A stretch of 58,288 nt of DNA from Candidatus Brocadiia bacterium (GTDB lineage Bacteria > Planctomycetota > B143-G9), in assembly GCA_041648755.1 (NCBI GenBank), contig JBAZOJ010000002.1:1-58288 (forward strand). The letters are read 5' to 3'. The notes below the pieces were generated by a model. That model saw nothing but the letters and a program-made list of their open reading frames with translations. It ran no database searches and was not told where the DNA came from. The translations under genes and the position numbers were made by a program. Of the stretch, positions 9,632 through 18,065 are shown in pieces. Each line of letters opens with the position of its first letter. Position 1 is the first letter of the stretch.

Positions 9632-9659
9632 TTGACTTTTGCATTGGTGCCATTATAGT
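9632..9659 (+). promoter_or_regulatory. sigma70-type promoter of paralog 3
   Basis: TTGACT-16 bp-TATAGT; RBS GAAGGGG before ATG 9701. Confidence 0.7.
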
Positions 9660-9700
9660 ACGCGTGGATAATGAGAATCCCAACGCAGAAGGGGTGTGCC

Positions 9701-12700
9701 ATGCTCAGGAACGTCGCTGTCGGATTGCTGCTTTTCCTGGCTGCTTTACTGTGCTTCTCGCCGTACGCGAAGGCCGGTGCATCAGACTTTACCGAGAATT
9801 TCGACGGCGGAAGCTACTACTACGGCCAGATGATGACTCCCAGCGATTCGCCTTGGGCTTTCACAAATGATGAAGGCATCTGCTGTGGCGGTTCGTACGG
9901 CGGTAGCGTTGACGGCTACAACTACAGTTCGTCCCAGTTGGCTGGCCATTTGGGTGTGCCCTACGGGAATTACGCTTACTATTACTATGGCAACTGGTAT
10001 ATGGCCCGCACATGGTCCAATGCCACCTTTGCCCCCGGGACGCTCAAGTTCTGGTACTACCTGTACGACGCCAGTCTCGACGTCCAATACACACCGGACG
10101 GCTACAACTGGTATACTGCGGCATATGTCTACAGCTATAACACGTACGTGTACGGCGCAACCACATCGGTCACTATTCCTTCCGGCAGCAAAGGGATTCG
10201 ATTCCACACCTACTGCTACTCTTACTACTACTGGTACGGCGCCTGGATCGACGACATCAAGTTCACCGTCCCCTGGGTGGAAGTGGCCGACATCACCGGC
10301 TACAACAAGACCGATATCAACGCGGGCGTCCTTAACCTCACAGCTACAACCACCACCGTTTTCACCGGCGTGGACAGGGTCGAGTGGCAGTACAAGAAGA
10401 GCACCGACACGCTGTGGAGCGCGACGACGACAGACAACACCCCTGCGAACGGATTCACGTATTCGCTCGATACCGGGACCACGACAGATGGCGCATTTCA
10501 GGTTCGAGCGCGAGCCTACGATGACGGAAACTACGGGGACTGGTTCATCGCGACGATGAGTCTACAAAACCTTGGCTCGGTTACCTTGACGCCACCCAGT
10601 CCGACTGGTGGCGATACGATTATGACTCTGTCGTACACTCGACAGTTGGTCGACACTTGGTATCCTGCGAACCAGTGGAACAACTCCTCCCAGTATTGCA
10701 GCAGCGGAATGTACTGGACCGTTGACGTGGCCAACACGATTCCCTACAGCGGGACTGCTACGAAAGTGCAGTCCAATTTCTCCTACATCCATAATTGCTC
10801 AAGCTACAACTACTGGAAGCTGAAACTCTTCTCAGGCTCCGCAGGCAGCTTTACTGAGGTCGCCACTTCCCAGTCGATATATGCGGAAATCGGCCTGAAG
10901 GAGTATGACCTCTCCAGTTCCACCTTCTCCAATCTTTCCAAGAACCTCCTCCTCGGTCAGGAAAATGGCTACTGGGGTTGCTACAACGCAGGCAACTGGT
11001 CCGGCAACACCCAAAGCTGCTGGTACAAGTACGCTTACAACACCTACTGGTACGGACCGTACTCTCAGTATATTGTGCCTTTGCGCATAAAGATGAAGAG
11101 CTATGGATCCGACATTGACCAGGTGTCATTCCAGTATTCCGCCGACGGCGGCCCCTGGGTATCGCTTGGCAACAACCAGATCGTAAAGGTCGCAGGGCAA
11201 GACAAATACACAATCAACTGGGCCTCCTGGGCAGTTGACAGCAACAACGTCAGTTTCAGGACACGCCTGCACTACGGGCCGGTGTGGAGCGGAACATATA
11301 CTTTCGGGCCGTACCCCGTGCGCAACAGGATTGACCTGACCTACAATGTCGCAAAGAGCCCCAGCGCACCCGGAAGCTTCATACCGGTTGCGGGCACGCA
11401 GTTGACGATAGGCTCCACGGCCACGACGGTTCCCTATTCCACGAACACAGGCTACTACGGGACATTCACGATTTCCGCCCCGCAATACATAATGGATGTG
11501 GGCGGGACTCAGTGGCGGTTTGACTACTGGAGCGATGGCGGCGGGATAACACACGAGATGCAGATCCTGCCGAAGATGGCCGGGACAATTACAGCCTTCT
11601 ATGCGAGGCAGGTCTACTTTGCGGTTGACTCAATTGTCAGCAATTACGTGGCGCCCCCGGCGGGGTACTACGAGCCCGGAACCTTGATTCAGATACAGGT
11701 TCCGCAGTACAGCAACGTGGATTCGGTCACGAGATACCGCTATGTGTCGATGGACATTCCCTCGATCAGCATAAACACGACCGAGACATGGTACAGCTTC
11801 AATCTGCCAGCCAGAACGATTGTGGCCCTGAACTGGCAGTTGGAGTACTACTTCACGGTTCAGAACGACAAGGGAGTCGGTACCGGCACCGCAAACGGAT
11901 GGTTCTCTGACGGCGCTACCGTCAGCTACTCCGTGGCGCAGACGCTTGACAATGGCACAGGCGCTCGGTTTGACAACCGCGGGTACAACATCAACAGCGC
12001 GTTCGGCGCCGCGAGCCGCAGTTACACGGGCACGCTCACGCAGCCGATAACGATCCAGTGGATCTGGCAGCAGCAGTACAACGTAGTGATATCGAGCAAT
12101 GTCGGCACGACCACCCCGGCGTCGGGCTGGTATGATGCGGGAACGGTGCTCAGCCTGAACTCCATAGTACCGGGCAGCACATCCACCGTGTCGATGACGT
12201 TCAACGGATGGGCAGGCAGCGGAACCGGATCGGTCACGACAAGTGGCGGAAGCCCGGCCGTTCCGATAACCGTGAACGGATACATTACCGAGGTCGGAAC
12301 CTGGACGGTATCGTTCAAGCTTGATCTCATTGCCGTAAACGGGCTCGGTTCGTTCTCACCGGACGCCACGGGCTGGTATCCCGCGGGAACAACGGTCACG
12401 ATTAATATCGTTGCCCCAAGTGCGCCAACGGGATCGCGCTACATTCCGCAGTGGATAGGCGAAGGCAACGGAGCGTTTTCCTCAATCGCAGCACCTGATG
12501 TACCGGTATCCGTGACGGTGAAGATGGACAACCCGATCAAGGAATCGGTGCAATGGCACCTGCAGCATTCGCTGACGATCGAAAACCCCGATGGCTACGG
12601 GACGCAGAACCCGTCCGAAGGTGTTTACTGGCACATGAACGGTGACAAGATAAGTGGCGTGTGCCAATACATCGTTGGCAGCAAGATGTGCGACGGGTAC

Positions 12701-14092
12701 TACGGCACCGGCTCGATAACCAACGGCACTAAGCCGTACTTCTCGGGCTTCATCACAGCGCCGACGCTGGTTCGGTGGGCCTGGAGGGACAGGCCGACCG
12801 CTGGCGATCAAAGCTGGAACACGTCGGAGCTAATCATCAACATCGACACTCCTTCCCAGATGTCAGCTTCCCGCGACACGGCGGGTCATCCAGTTGTAGC
12901 TTACTACGACAAGACGGCAAAAGAGATCAAGATTGCCGTCAAGGACGAAAGCGGCTGGACGGTGACCACTTTCCGCGACAACATCGAGTACCTCAACTGG
13001 CTGGACCTGTATGTTGACACCGCGAACAATCCCCATGTCACATGCTACGCCGTCAGGGACAGGATTCTGCACTATTACGGAGCATTTGAGACGGTAAAGG
13101 TGGAGTTCGCTCCTGTGACACCGGACGTCATCCAGACCGTCGGTGACTCAGGGCGCAACCCGCACATTGCCGTCAATACGATGGGCGATGTTTTCATTTC
13201 GTTCTACGACATGGCCCTGAACGCACTGAAAGTCGTATACCGAATGCACGGTTCGAGCGACTGGATCATCGAAACGGTTGACGCAGAGGGTAATCCTGGA
13301 ATGTTCAACGCTATCGCGGTTCGTGAAATCGACGGGATGCCTGTCATTGCCTACCACTCGTTGACTCTCCGCAGGCTTATGTATGCTGAGAGCACAGATG
13401 GCGGATGGGTGCTGAGCACGGTTGACGCTGACGGCGCACAGGGCTTCTTTCCCTCACTGGCCCTGGCTCCGGACGGCACGCCGATGATCGCATACCAGGA
13501 CGTAACGGACAGCAACAAGATGCACTTGAAATTCGCAACCCGCGTGGGCGACCAGTGGAGCACCGCGCTTGTCGATTCAACGGATCGCTGCGGCTTCAAC
13601 ACCTCAATCGCAGCCGACGAGAACGGGGTCATCCATATCGGTCACCACGACGAGCACAACCTGAGATACGCGCGGTTCAATGGCTCCGCATGGGAGACAA
13701 TGTCCCTCGGTGGCACGAACGTGGTCGGAAACACTGCTGTCGTCCTTGGGGCAAATGGCTATCCGCAAGTAGTCTACTTCGACGGAGGCAAGATCACCAC
13801 GATCTCGGCTAAGAGCGGGAGCGGTGGCGATGGCGGTGACGGCGGCGATGGTGGTGGCACAACCCCGACAACCAGCGGTGGCGGCGGCGGATGCTTCGTG
13901 GCAACGGCAGCCTTTGGCTCGTTTGCAGCCTCCGAAGTCAGCACGTTGACATCCTGCAGGGATGCCGTGGTCTGTGGTTCCGAATCCGGCGCGGCCCTCG
14001 TCAGCACCTATTACGCCATGGCTCCGAGTGCTGCGGATTCAATCCGCTCAAGCTTTGCTATCAGGGCTTTCGTGAGGACGCTGCTCAAGTAA
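9701..14092 (+). CDS. Large secreted surface protein, paralog 3 (1463 aa), nearly identical to paralog 1 in the stalk
   Basis: ATG 9701 aligns with the paralog 1 start (MLRNVAVGLLLFLAALLCFSPYAKA); same architecture; ends GGGGGCFVATAAFGS...FVRTLLK. Confidence 0.85.
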   Translation: MLRNVAVGLLLFLAALLCFSPYAKAGASDFTENFDGGSYYYGQMMTPSDSPWAFTNDEGICCGGSYGGSVDGYNYSSSQLAGHLGVPYGNYAYYYYGNWYMARTWSNATFAPGTLKFWYYLYDASLDVQYTPDGYNWYTAAYVYSYNTYVYGATTSVTIPSGSKGIRFHTYCYSYYYWYGAWIDDIKFTVPWVEVADITGYNKTDINAGVLNLTATTTTVFTGVDRVEWQYKKSTDTLWSATTTDNTPANGFTYSLDTGTTTDGAFQVRARAYDDGNYGDWFIATMSLQNLGSVTLTPPSPTGGDTIMTLSYTRQLVDTWYPANQWNNSSQYCSSGMYWTVDVANTIPYSGTATKVQSNFSYIHNCSSYNYWKLKLFSGSAGSFTEVATSQSIYAEIGLKEYDLSSSTFSNLSKNLLLGQENGYWGCYNAGNWSGNTQSCWYKYAYNTYWYGPYSQYIVPLRIKMKSYGSDIDQVSFQYSADGGPWVSLGNNQIVKVAGQDKYTINWASWAVDSNNVSFRTRLHYGPVWSGTYTFGPYPVRNRIDLTYNVAKSPSAPGSFIPVAGTQLTIGSTATTVPYSTNTGYYGTFTISAPQYIMDVGGTQWRFDYWSDGGGITHEMQILPKMAGTITAFYARQVYFAVDSIVSNYVAPPAGYYEPGTLIQIQVPQYSNVDSVTRYRYVSMDIPSISINTTETWYSFNLPARTIVALNWQLEYYFTVQNDKGVGTGTANGWFSDGATVSYSVAQTLDNGTGARFDNRGYNINSAFGAASRSYTGTLTQPITIQWIWQQQYNVVISSNVGTTTPASGWYDAGTVLSLNSIVPGSTSTVSMTFNGWAGSGTGSVTTSGGSPAVPITVNGYITEVGTWTVSFKLDLIAVNGLGSFSPDATGWYPAGTTVTINIVAPSAPTGSRYIPQWIGEGNGAFSSIAAPDVPVSVTVKMDNPIKESVQWHLQHSLTIENPDGYGTQNPSEGVYWHMNGDKISGVCQYIVGSKMCDGYYGTGSITNGTKPYFSGFITAPTLVRWAWRDRPTAGDQSWNTSELIINIDTPSQMSASRDTAGHPVVAYYDKTAKEIKIAVKDESGWTVTTFRDNIEYLNWLDLYVDTANNPHVTCYAVRDRILHYYGAFETVKVEFAPVTPDVIQTVGDSGRNPHIAVNTMGDVFISFYDMALNALKVVYRMHGSSDWIIETVDAEGNPGMFNAIAVREIDGMPVIAYHSLTLRRLMYAESTDGGWVLSTVDADGAQGFFPSLALAPDGTPMIAYQDVTDSNKMHLKFATRVGDQWSTALVDSTDRCGFNTSIAADENGVIHIGHHDEHNLRYARFNGSAWETMSLGGTNVVGNTAVVLGANGYPQVVYFDGGKITTISAKSGSGGDGGDGGDGGGTTPTTSGGGGGCFVATAAFGSFAASEVSTLTSCRDAVVCGSESGAALVSTYYAMAPSAADSIRSSFAIRAFVRTLLK

Positions 14093-14113
14093 TTTTTCGG
14101 ACCAGCATTGACA

Positions 14114-14148
14114 GAAGGGCGGCGACTTTTGCCGCCCTTCTCTTTTCT
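14114..14148 (+). terminator. Rho-independent terminator after paralog 3
   Basis: GAAGGGCGGC-GACTTTT-GCCGCCCTTC then TCTTTTCT. Confidence 0.85.
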
Positions 14149-14183
14149 GTTGTGGACAACGGGCTTTTCCGGACACGCGTGCC

Positions 14184-14210
14184 TTGCAGTTTGAGATACT
14201 CCACTATAAT
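14184..14210 (+). promoter_or_regulatory. Promoter for the MshEN-lptC-lptA unit
   Basis: TTGCAG-15 bp-TATAAT; ATG 8 nt downstream of the -10. Confidence 0.55.
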
Positions 14211-14218
14211 CGTCACAT

Positions 14219-14446
14219 ATGACCAAACAACTTCGCAGGAATTTCGGCGACATCGCACTCGAGAAGAAGTACGTAACAGAGGCAAACCTGAAGACTGCCC
14301 TTGAACTGCAGAAGAAGCAGCGCACGGTCGGCAGATACCCCATGATCGGCCTGATTCTGCTCAGGATGGGTGTGATAACCAGTACGCAATTAATCGAGAT
14401 CATCTGCGAGATGGAGCGCTCCGCCAAACCGGAAGAGGGAAAATGA
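14219..14446 (+). CDS. Small stand-alone MshEN-like domain protein (75 aa)
   Basis: Two half-motifs NFGDIALEKKYVTEANLKTALELQ and MIGLILLRMGVITSTQLIEII resemble the MshEN consensus RLGxxLLxxGLIxxxxLxxALxxQ. Confidence 0.65.
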   Translation: MTKQLRRNFGDIALEKKYVTEANLKTALELQKKQRTVGRYPMIGLILLRMGVITSTQLIEIICEMERSAKPEEGK

Positions 14447-15087
14447 CCAATCCGGTTTCCACTTCGAACTCGACATCTACAGCGCCGCTCGCGAGAGCGG
14501 CGCTGTTCTGCATTGTCGTCGGTGCAGTGGTTCTCGGGCTGGCCGCATGGTCGGCGGCTATACCAAGAGCTCAGACCATCAACAAGGCAGAGAGATTCGA
14601 AGAGACCCCCGTGCACATGGTGGAATTCCGATCATTCAGTTATTCCGATGAAGCGAAGCAGGGCGGATTGGTCTATTCGCTGAAGGGCGACAGTGCGGAG
14701 TTCTTCAACTCGGACCTTCGCGACGTGCGCAATGTCGTTCTCGACTACTATATAGATAAGGCGGGCGACACGTCCAAGATACAGCTCACTGGAGAGCGTG
14801 GCGAATATCATCGTCTGGACTCCGTAGCGGAGCTTACCCGCCGCGTCACGATCACCGGAAACGCGAAGATGCCTCAGGGCAGCGGGAGTTGGAAAGTCAA
14901 CGGATCCGCTTTGAAGGTCAACCTGAAGACCGGGGAGTTTTCACTGTCGGGCTTGTTCGAGGTGCAGTACGGTTCTTACTTTCTCAAAGGAAGCAACTTG
15001 TCGGGAAAGCTGAATCCCGCGACCTCTTCACTTTCCGATTTCAAGTGCGAGGCGATAACCGAGAGCGGTTTCAGGTGGAACAAATGA
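14443..15087 (+). CDS. lptC: LptC-like LPS export periplasmic protein
   Basis: One N-terminal TM helix, then beta-jellyroll-type sequence (LTGERGEYHRLDSVAELTRRVTI; GSALKVNLKTGEF); ATGA overlap with a downstream LptA-like gene. Confidence 0.6.
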   Translation: MTNPVSTSNSTSTAPLARAALFCIVVGAVVLGLAAWSAAIPRAQTINKAERFEETPVHMVEFRSFSYSDEAKQGGLVYSLKGDSAEFFNSDLRDVRNVVLDYYIDKAGDTSKIQLTGERGEYHRLDSVAELTRRVTITGNAKMPQGSGSWKVNGSALKVNLKTGEFSLSGLFEVQYGSYFLKGSNLSGKLNPATSSLSDFKCEAITESGFRWNK

Positions 15088-16283
15088 CAGCAGCGCGTCT
15101 TGTCCTTCTCACCATCGGGCTACTTCTACTCGGCGTCGGCAGCACAGGGTCGGTGAACTGCGAGGAAAAGCCCGAGAAACTCCTGATCCGCGGCGATAAG
15201 CTCTACGGGTCTCCAGAGAAGGGAATCCTGGAGTACGACGGCAACGTGGAAATGACGTGGGGTGATAAGTCGCTTACTTGCGGCTATCTGAAGCTCACTT
15301 CGGAATCGGGATCCAAGTCTCCAAGGAACTTCGAGGCAACCGGATGCGTCAGGGACGCCGGGCCCGAGGAACGTGCCAAGGCAAAGCTTAACCTCAAAAT
15401 GCCCGGATACGATTTCCGCTGCTGCACAGTCACCGGGACGTTTCACGAAAAGACCCTCCGCGTGGCCACATTGCGCGCATCAGGTGATGTCTGGGCTCAG
15501 ATTACTCGTGGAGCGGACACCTTCACGCTGCATTCGGCAGCGGCATCCTTGACTCTCAATTCCGCCGGGGACAAAGGGACAGTCATTCTGACCTCTGATG
15601 CCGGACTTCCGCGGGTCGAGGTCGCCGGAAAGGGCTTCGTCGCGTCAGAGCTCGAAGGGACTGTGGAATTTTCCGGGGAGACATACGTTCACAGCGGCAA
15701 GGATATCGAAATGACCCTGAATGTTACCCCTGGCAAGCTTCTTCTTCCGGAAAATCTGAAGGAACTGCAGGCAGACAGGTTGGTCGCAACAGGTGGTACC
15801 TTTGTCTTCGAACCCGCGATTGGCAGATTCCGCTTTCAAGACGGTGCAACGGTCAAGTGCGGAGACCTGCTTCTTAAGGCGCCGATGGTGGAACTGCGAA
15901 CAGACTCGGGCAACAAGCTGCCCCGTTCGATTTCAGCAAGCGGCGGGAAGGCGGCTTGCTCTCTGACCTTCCGCGGAATGAACATTGACTCCGACACAAT
16001 GAAGTTCTCCTTCACAGAGAAGGGGGACCTGATTGACTTTACGGCGGACGGGAATGTGGCAATCAGAGTCATGGATTCAGCAAATCGCCTGATCAAGGGA
16101 CGCTGCGCAAGGGCCATTTTCCTCGGTGAGAAGGTAACGCTTGAGGGTGATCCCAAGGTGATAATCGTGGTCCCGTCGGAAAAGATCAGGATTACCGAGA
16201 CTCGGGGCGAGTTCGCTTACGCGAATGGACGATGGGATCACACGGGCACGAACGCTGTTATCGAGAACAATTATGAGGAGTAG
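15084..16283 (+). CDS. Enlarged LptA/OstA-like periplasmic protein (399 aa)
   Basis: Signal peptide from ATG 15084; repeated OstA-like segments IRGDKL..GILEYDGNV, LQADRL, IDSDTM..FTADGNV..VTLEGDPKV; follows lptC. Confidence 0.6.
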   Translation: MTAARLVLLTIGLLLLGVGSTGSVNCEEKPEKLLIRGDKLYGSPEKGILEYDGNVEMTWGDKSLTCGYLKLTSESGSKSPRNFEATGCVRDAGPEERAKAKLNLKMPGYDFRCCTVTGTFHEKTLRVATLRASGDVWAQITRGADTFTLHSAAASLTLNSAGDKGTVILTSDAGLPRVEVAGKGFVASELEGTVEFSGETYVHSGKDIEMTLNVTPGKLLLPENLKELQADRLVATGGTFVFEPAIGRFRFQDGATVKCGDLLLKAPMVELRTDSGNKLPRSISASGGKAACSLTFRGMNIDSDTMKFSFTEKGDLIDFTADGNVAIRVMDSANRLIKGRCARAIFLGEKVTLEGDPKVIIVVPSEKIRITETRGEFAYANGRWDHTGTNAVIENNYEE

Positions 16284-16316
16284 GCCCCATACGCTATGCC
16301 ATAGCAGGGAGTTCAG

Positions 16317-18056
16317 ATGATCCGTCAGAGCATTGCTGCGTTCTTCGTCGTAGCCTTGACCTCAGTCCTTGCATGTGCCGAAACCCAGGGCCCTGCATTC
16401 TGCCCGGCTACATCTCCGGGCTCGGTATACACCGGCAGCTTCGAGGCCGAGGCAATCTTGAAGGTCAATATCGATGCCCCCGGTGGCTGGGGAGATCAGG
16501 CGGCCAAAGCAATCAATGGCAGCGGCTATGCAATGACCGAGTACAGGCATCAGACAATTGATGCTTCCGAGGCCGGAATCTGTCGGTCTGCAGTGAGGAA
16601 CTACAAGAAGAGCGCCCTTAACATAGAAGCACCCAACCGCAATCAGAAAGGCGATGCGGGTCTGCAGGGGCGCAGATATTTCGTCACCGGCCCCGATGGG
16701 GTCTCGATTCGTCCGAAAAACGAATTGACCCCCGAAGCCATCGGCCTCGTACTCATTGACCTGGACGATCCTTTTCGCCCGTTGCTTCCGAAGGAAGAAC
16801 TGCGCCACGGTCTTGTGTACTCGCCGGACGAAAAGGACATCAAGGATTTCTACGCCAAGGTGAACAAGGTCATCGATGCGAAGTCCACGGCCGAAATTCC
16901 GCTTCAGTTTGCCGATATCAAGGGCCGCGTCTCAGTCGTTGGCATCACCAAGGCGACCATCTCGATCAAGTTTGACGGCAAGCTCGTTGTCCCCTTGGGA
17001 GCGGGAAAGACCTTCGAATTGCCTTTTACGGGCTCCATCGATGTAACCTATGATCTCGATAAAAAGTGCTACCTTGACGGAAAGCTCAACATCAACGGAG
17101 ACGGCAAAGGGAAGTTCGACTTCGGGGGAGTCTCAGTTCCCTATTCGCTCAATTATCGCATGACCGGCAGTTTTACTCGTAACCCGGGCGACGTACTTGC
17201 GGCAGCCAGAGGGCTGAAGGGTAAAACCGTCATCTGCGAACCGATAGTCGAAGATCCGCCGCTCCTTCTCCCTATCCTGTCTGACAAGCTTTACCTGCTG
17301 GCCGCCTGGGACGGAAGCGGAGCCTTCGAGGTAATGAACAGGGGAGCGGCTTTCGCGGGGGTAACGGATGCGCCGACGGCAGCCGGAATATCACCTGACA
17401 CAAAGTCAGTGCTCCTGGCGTGCGGAAAGAAGCTGTTTGAGTCGAGCGACTTTGGCGACACTTTTGCCCCGTTGAAGTGGGCGGGATCCGGAATCAGGAA
17501 CATCTGGTACTTGAACTCGCCCAATCCGGTTGCGCTGATTGAATGCGACGACAACAGTTACTTCCTGCTTAACCTTGGGGCGGCCAAAAGCGTAAAGCCC
17601 CTTCCTCCACCAATTTCCGGGAAGAAGATACTGAACGCCTGTCCCGGGCCCGGCAGAGAGGAGATCTACATCGCGATTCAGGATGAGTACTGGCTGTCAG
17701 TCGAAGGCGGGAAGGCATCCAAGCTGAGCGGCGGCCCGAAAAAAACGGCATCCCTCATGCGTCCCCACAGAGCCGGGGTCTTCGTGTTTACGGAAGAGGG
17801 CATCTTCGACTTGTCTCAGACAAAGTGCGTGTCCATTTGCGCCAAGTCCATTCCTTCGGTAATCGGGGTCACTTCCTCATCGGATACGCTCTTTGTAAGG
17901 GATTCACAGGGCGACGTTTTCGCTGTTCCTCTTTCTGGAGGAGTCGACCCAACCAAGACAGACACCGGAGTCCTTGCCTTGGCCGCGCGATACAACAAGC
18001 TCTTCTTCGCCAAGGCAGACTCCTTCGAAGTCCGCGACTCGGCGCCAAAGGAATAG
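16317..18056 (+). CDS. Secreted hypothetical protein (579 aa), probably two domains, C-terminal half beta-propeller-like
   Basis: Signal peptide MIRQSIAAFFVVALTSVLACA; long ORF in operon spacing; RBS GGGAG. Confidence 0.7.
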   Translation: MIRQSIAAFFVVALTSVLACAETQGPAFCPATSPGSVYTGSFEAEAILKVNIDAPGGWGDQAAKAINGSGYAMTEYRHQTIDASEAGICRSAVRNYKKSALNIEAPNRNQKGDAGLQGRRYFVTGPDGVSIRPKNELTPEAIGLVLIDLDDPFRPLLPKEELRHGLVYSPDEKDIKDFYAKVNKVIDAKSTAEIPLQFADIKGRVSVVGITKATISIKFDGKLVVPLGAGKTFELPFTGSIDVTYDLDKKCYLDGKLNINGDGKGKFDFGGVSVPYSLNYRMTGSFTRNPGDVLAAARGLKGKTVICEPIVEDPPLLLPILSDKLYLLAAWDGSGAFEVMNRGAAFAGVTDAPTAAGISPDTKSVLLACGKKLFESSDFGDTFAPLKWAGSGIRNIWYLNSPNPVALIECDDNSYFLLNLGAAKSVKPLPPPISGKKILNACPGPGREEIYIAIQDEYWLSVEGGKASKLSGGPKKTASLMRPHRAGVFVFTEEGIFDLSQTKCVSICAKSIPSVIGVTSSSDTLFVRDSQGDVFAVPLSGGVDPTKTDTGVLALAARYNKLFFAKADSFEVRDSAPKE

Positions 18057-18065
18057 AGTCCAAAC

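Noticed and set aside
392-11080. Diversity-generating retroelement (DGR) targets, suggested by TAC/AGC/GGC/AAC-rich variable loops
   Set aside because: Differences between copies include indels and many synonymous third-position changes, not adenine-restricted substitutions. No template repeat or reverse transcriptase is in the window. A remote DGR cannot be fully excluded without the genome.
14889-15083. Longer upstream starts in the ORF track (239, 9671, 14889, 23482, 24947, 27060, 28372, 29985, 40920, 44128)
   Set aside because: They overlap neighbouring genes or promoters. The downstream starts give proper signal peptides or anchors and mostly have SD motifs.
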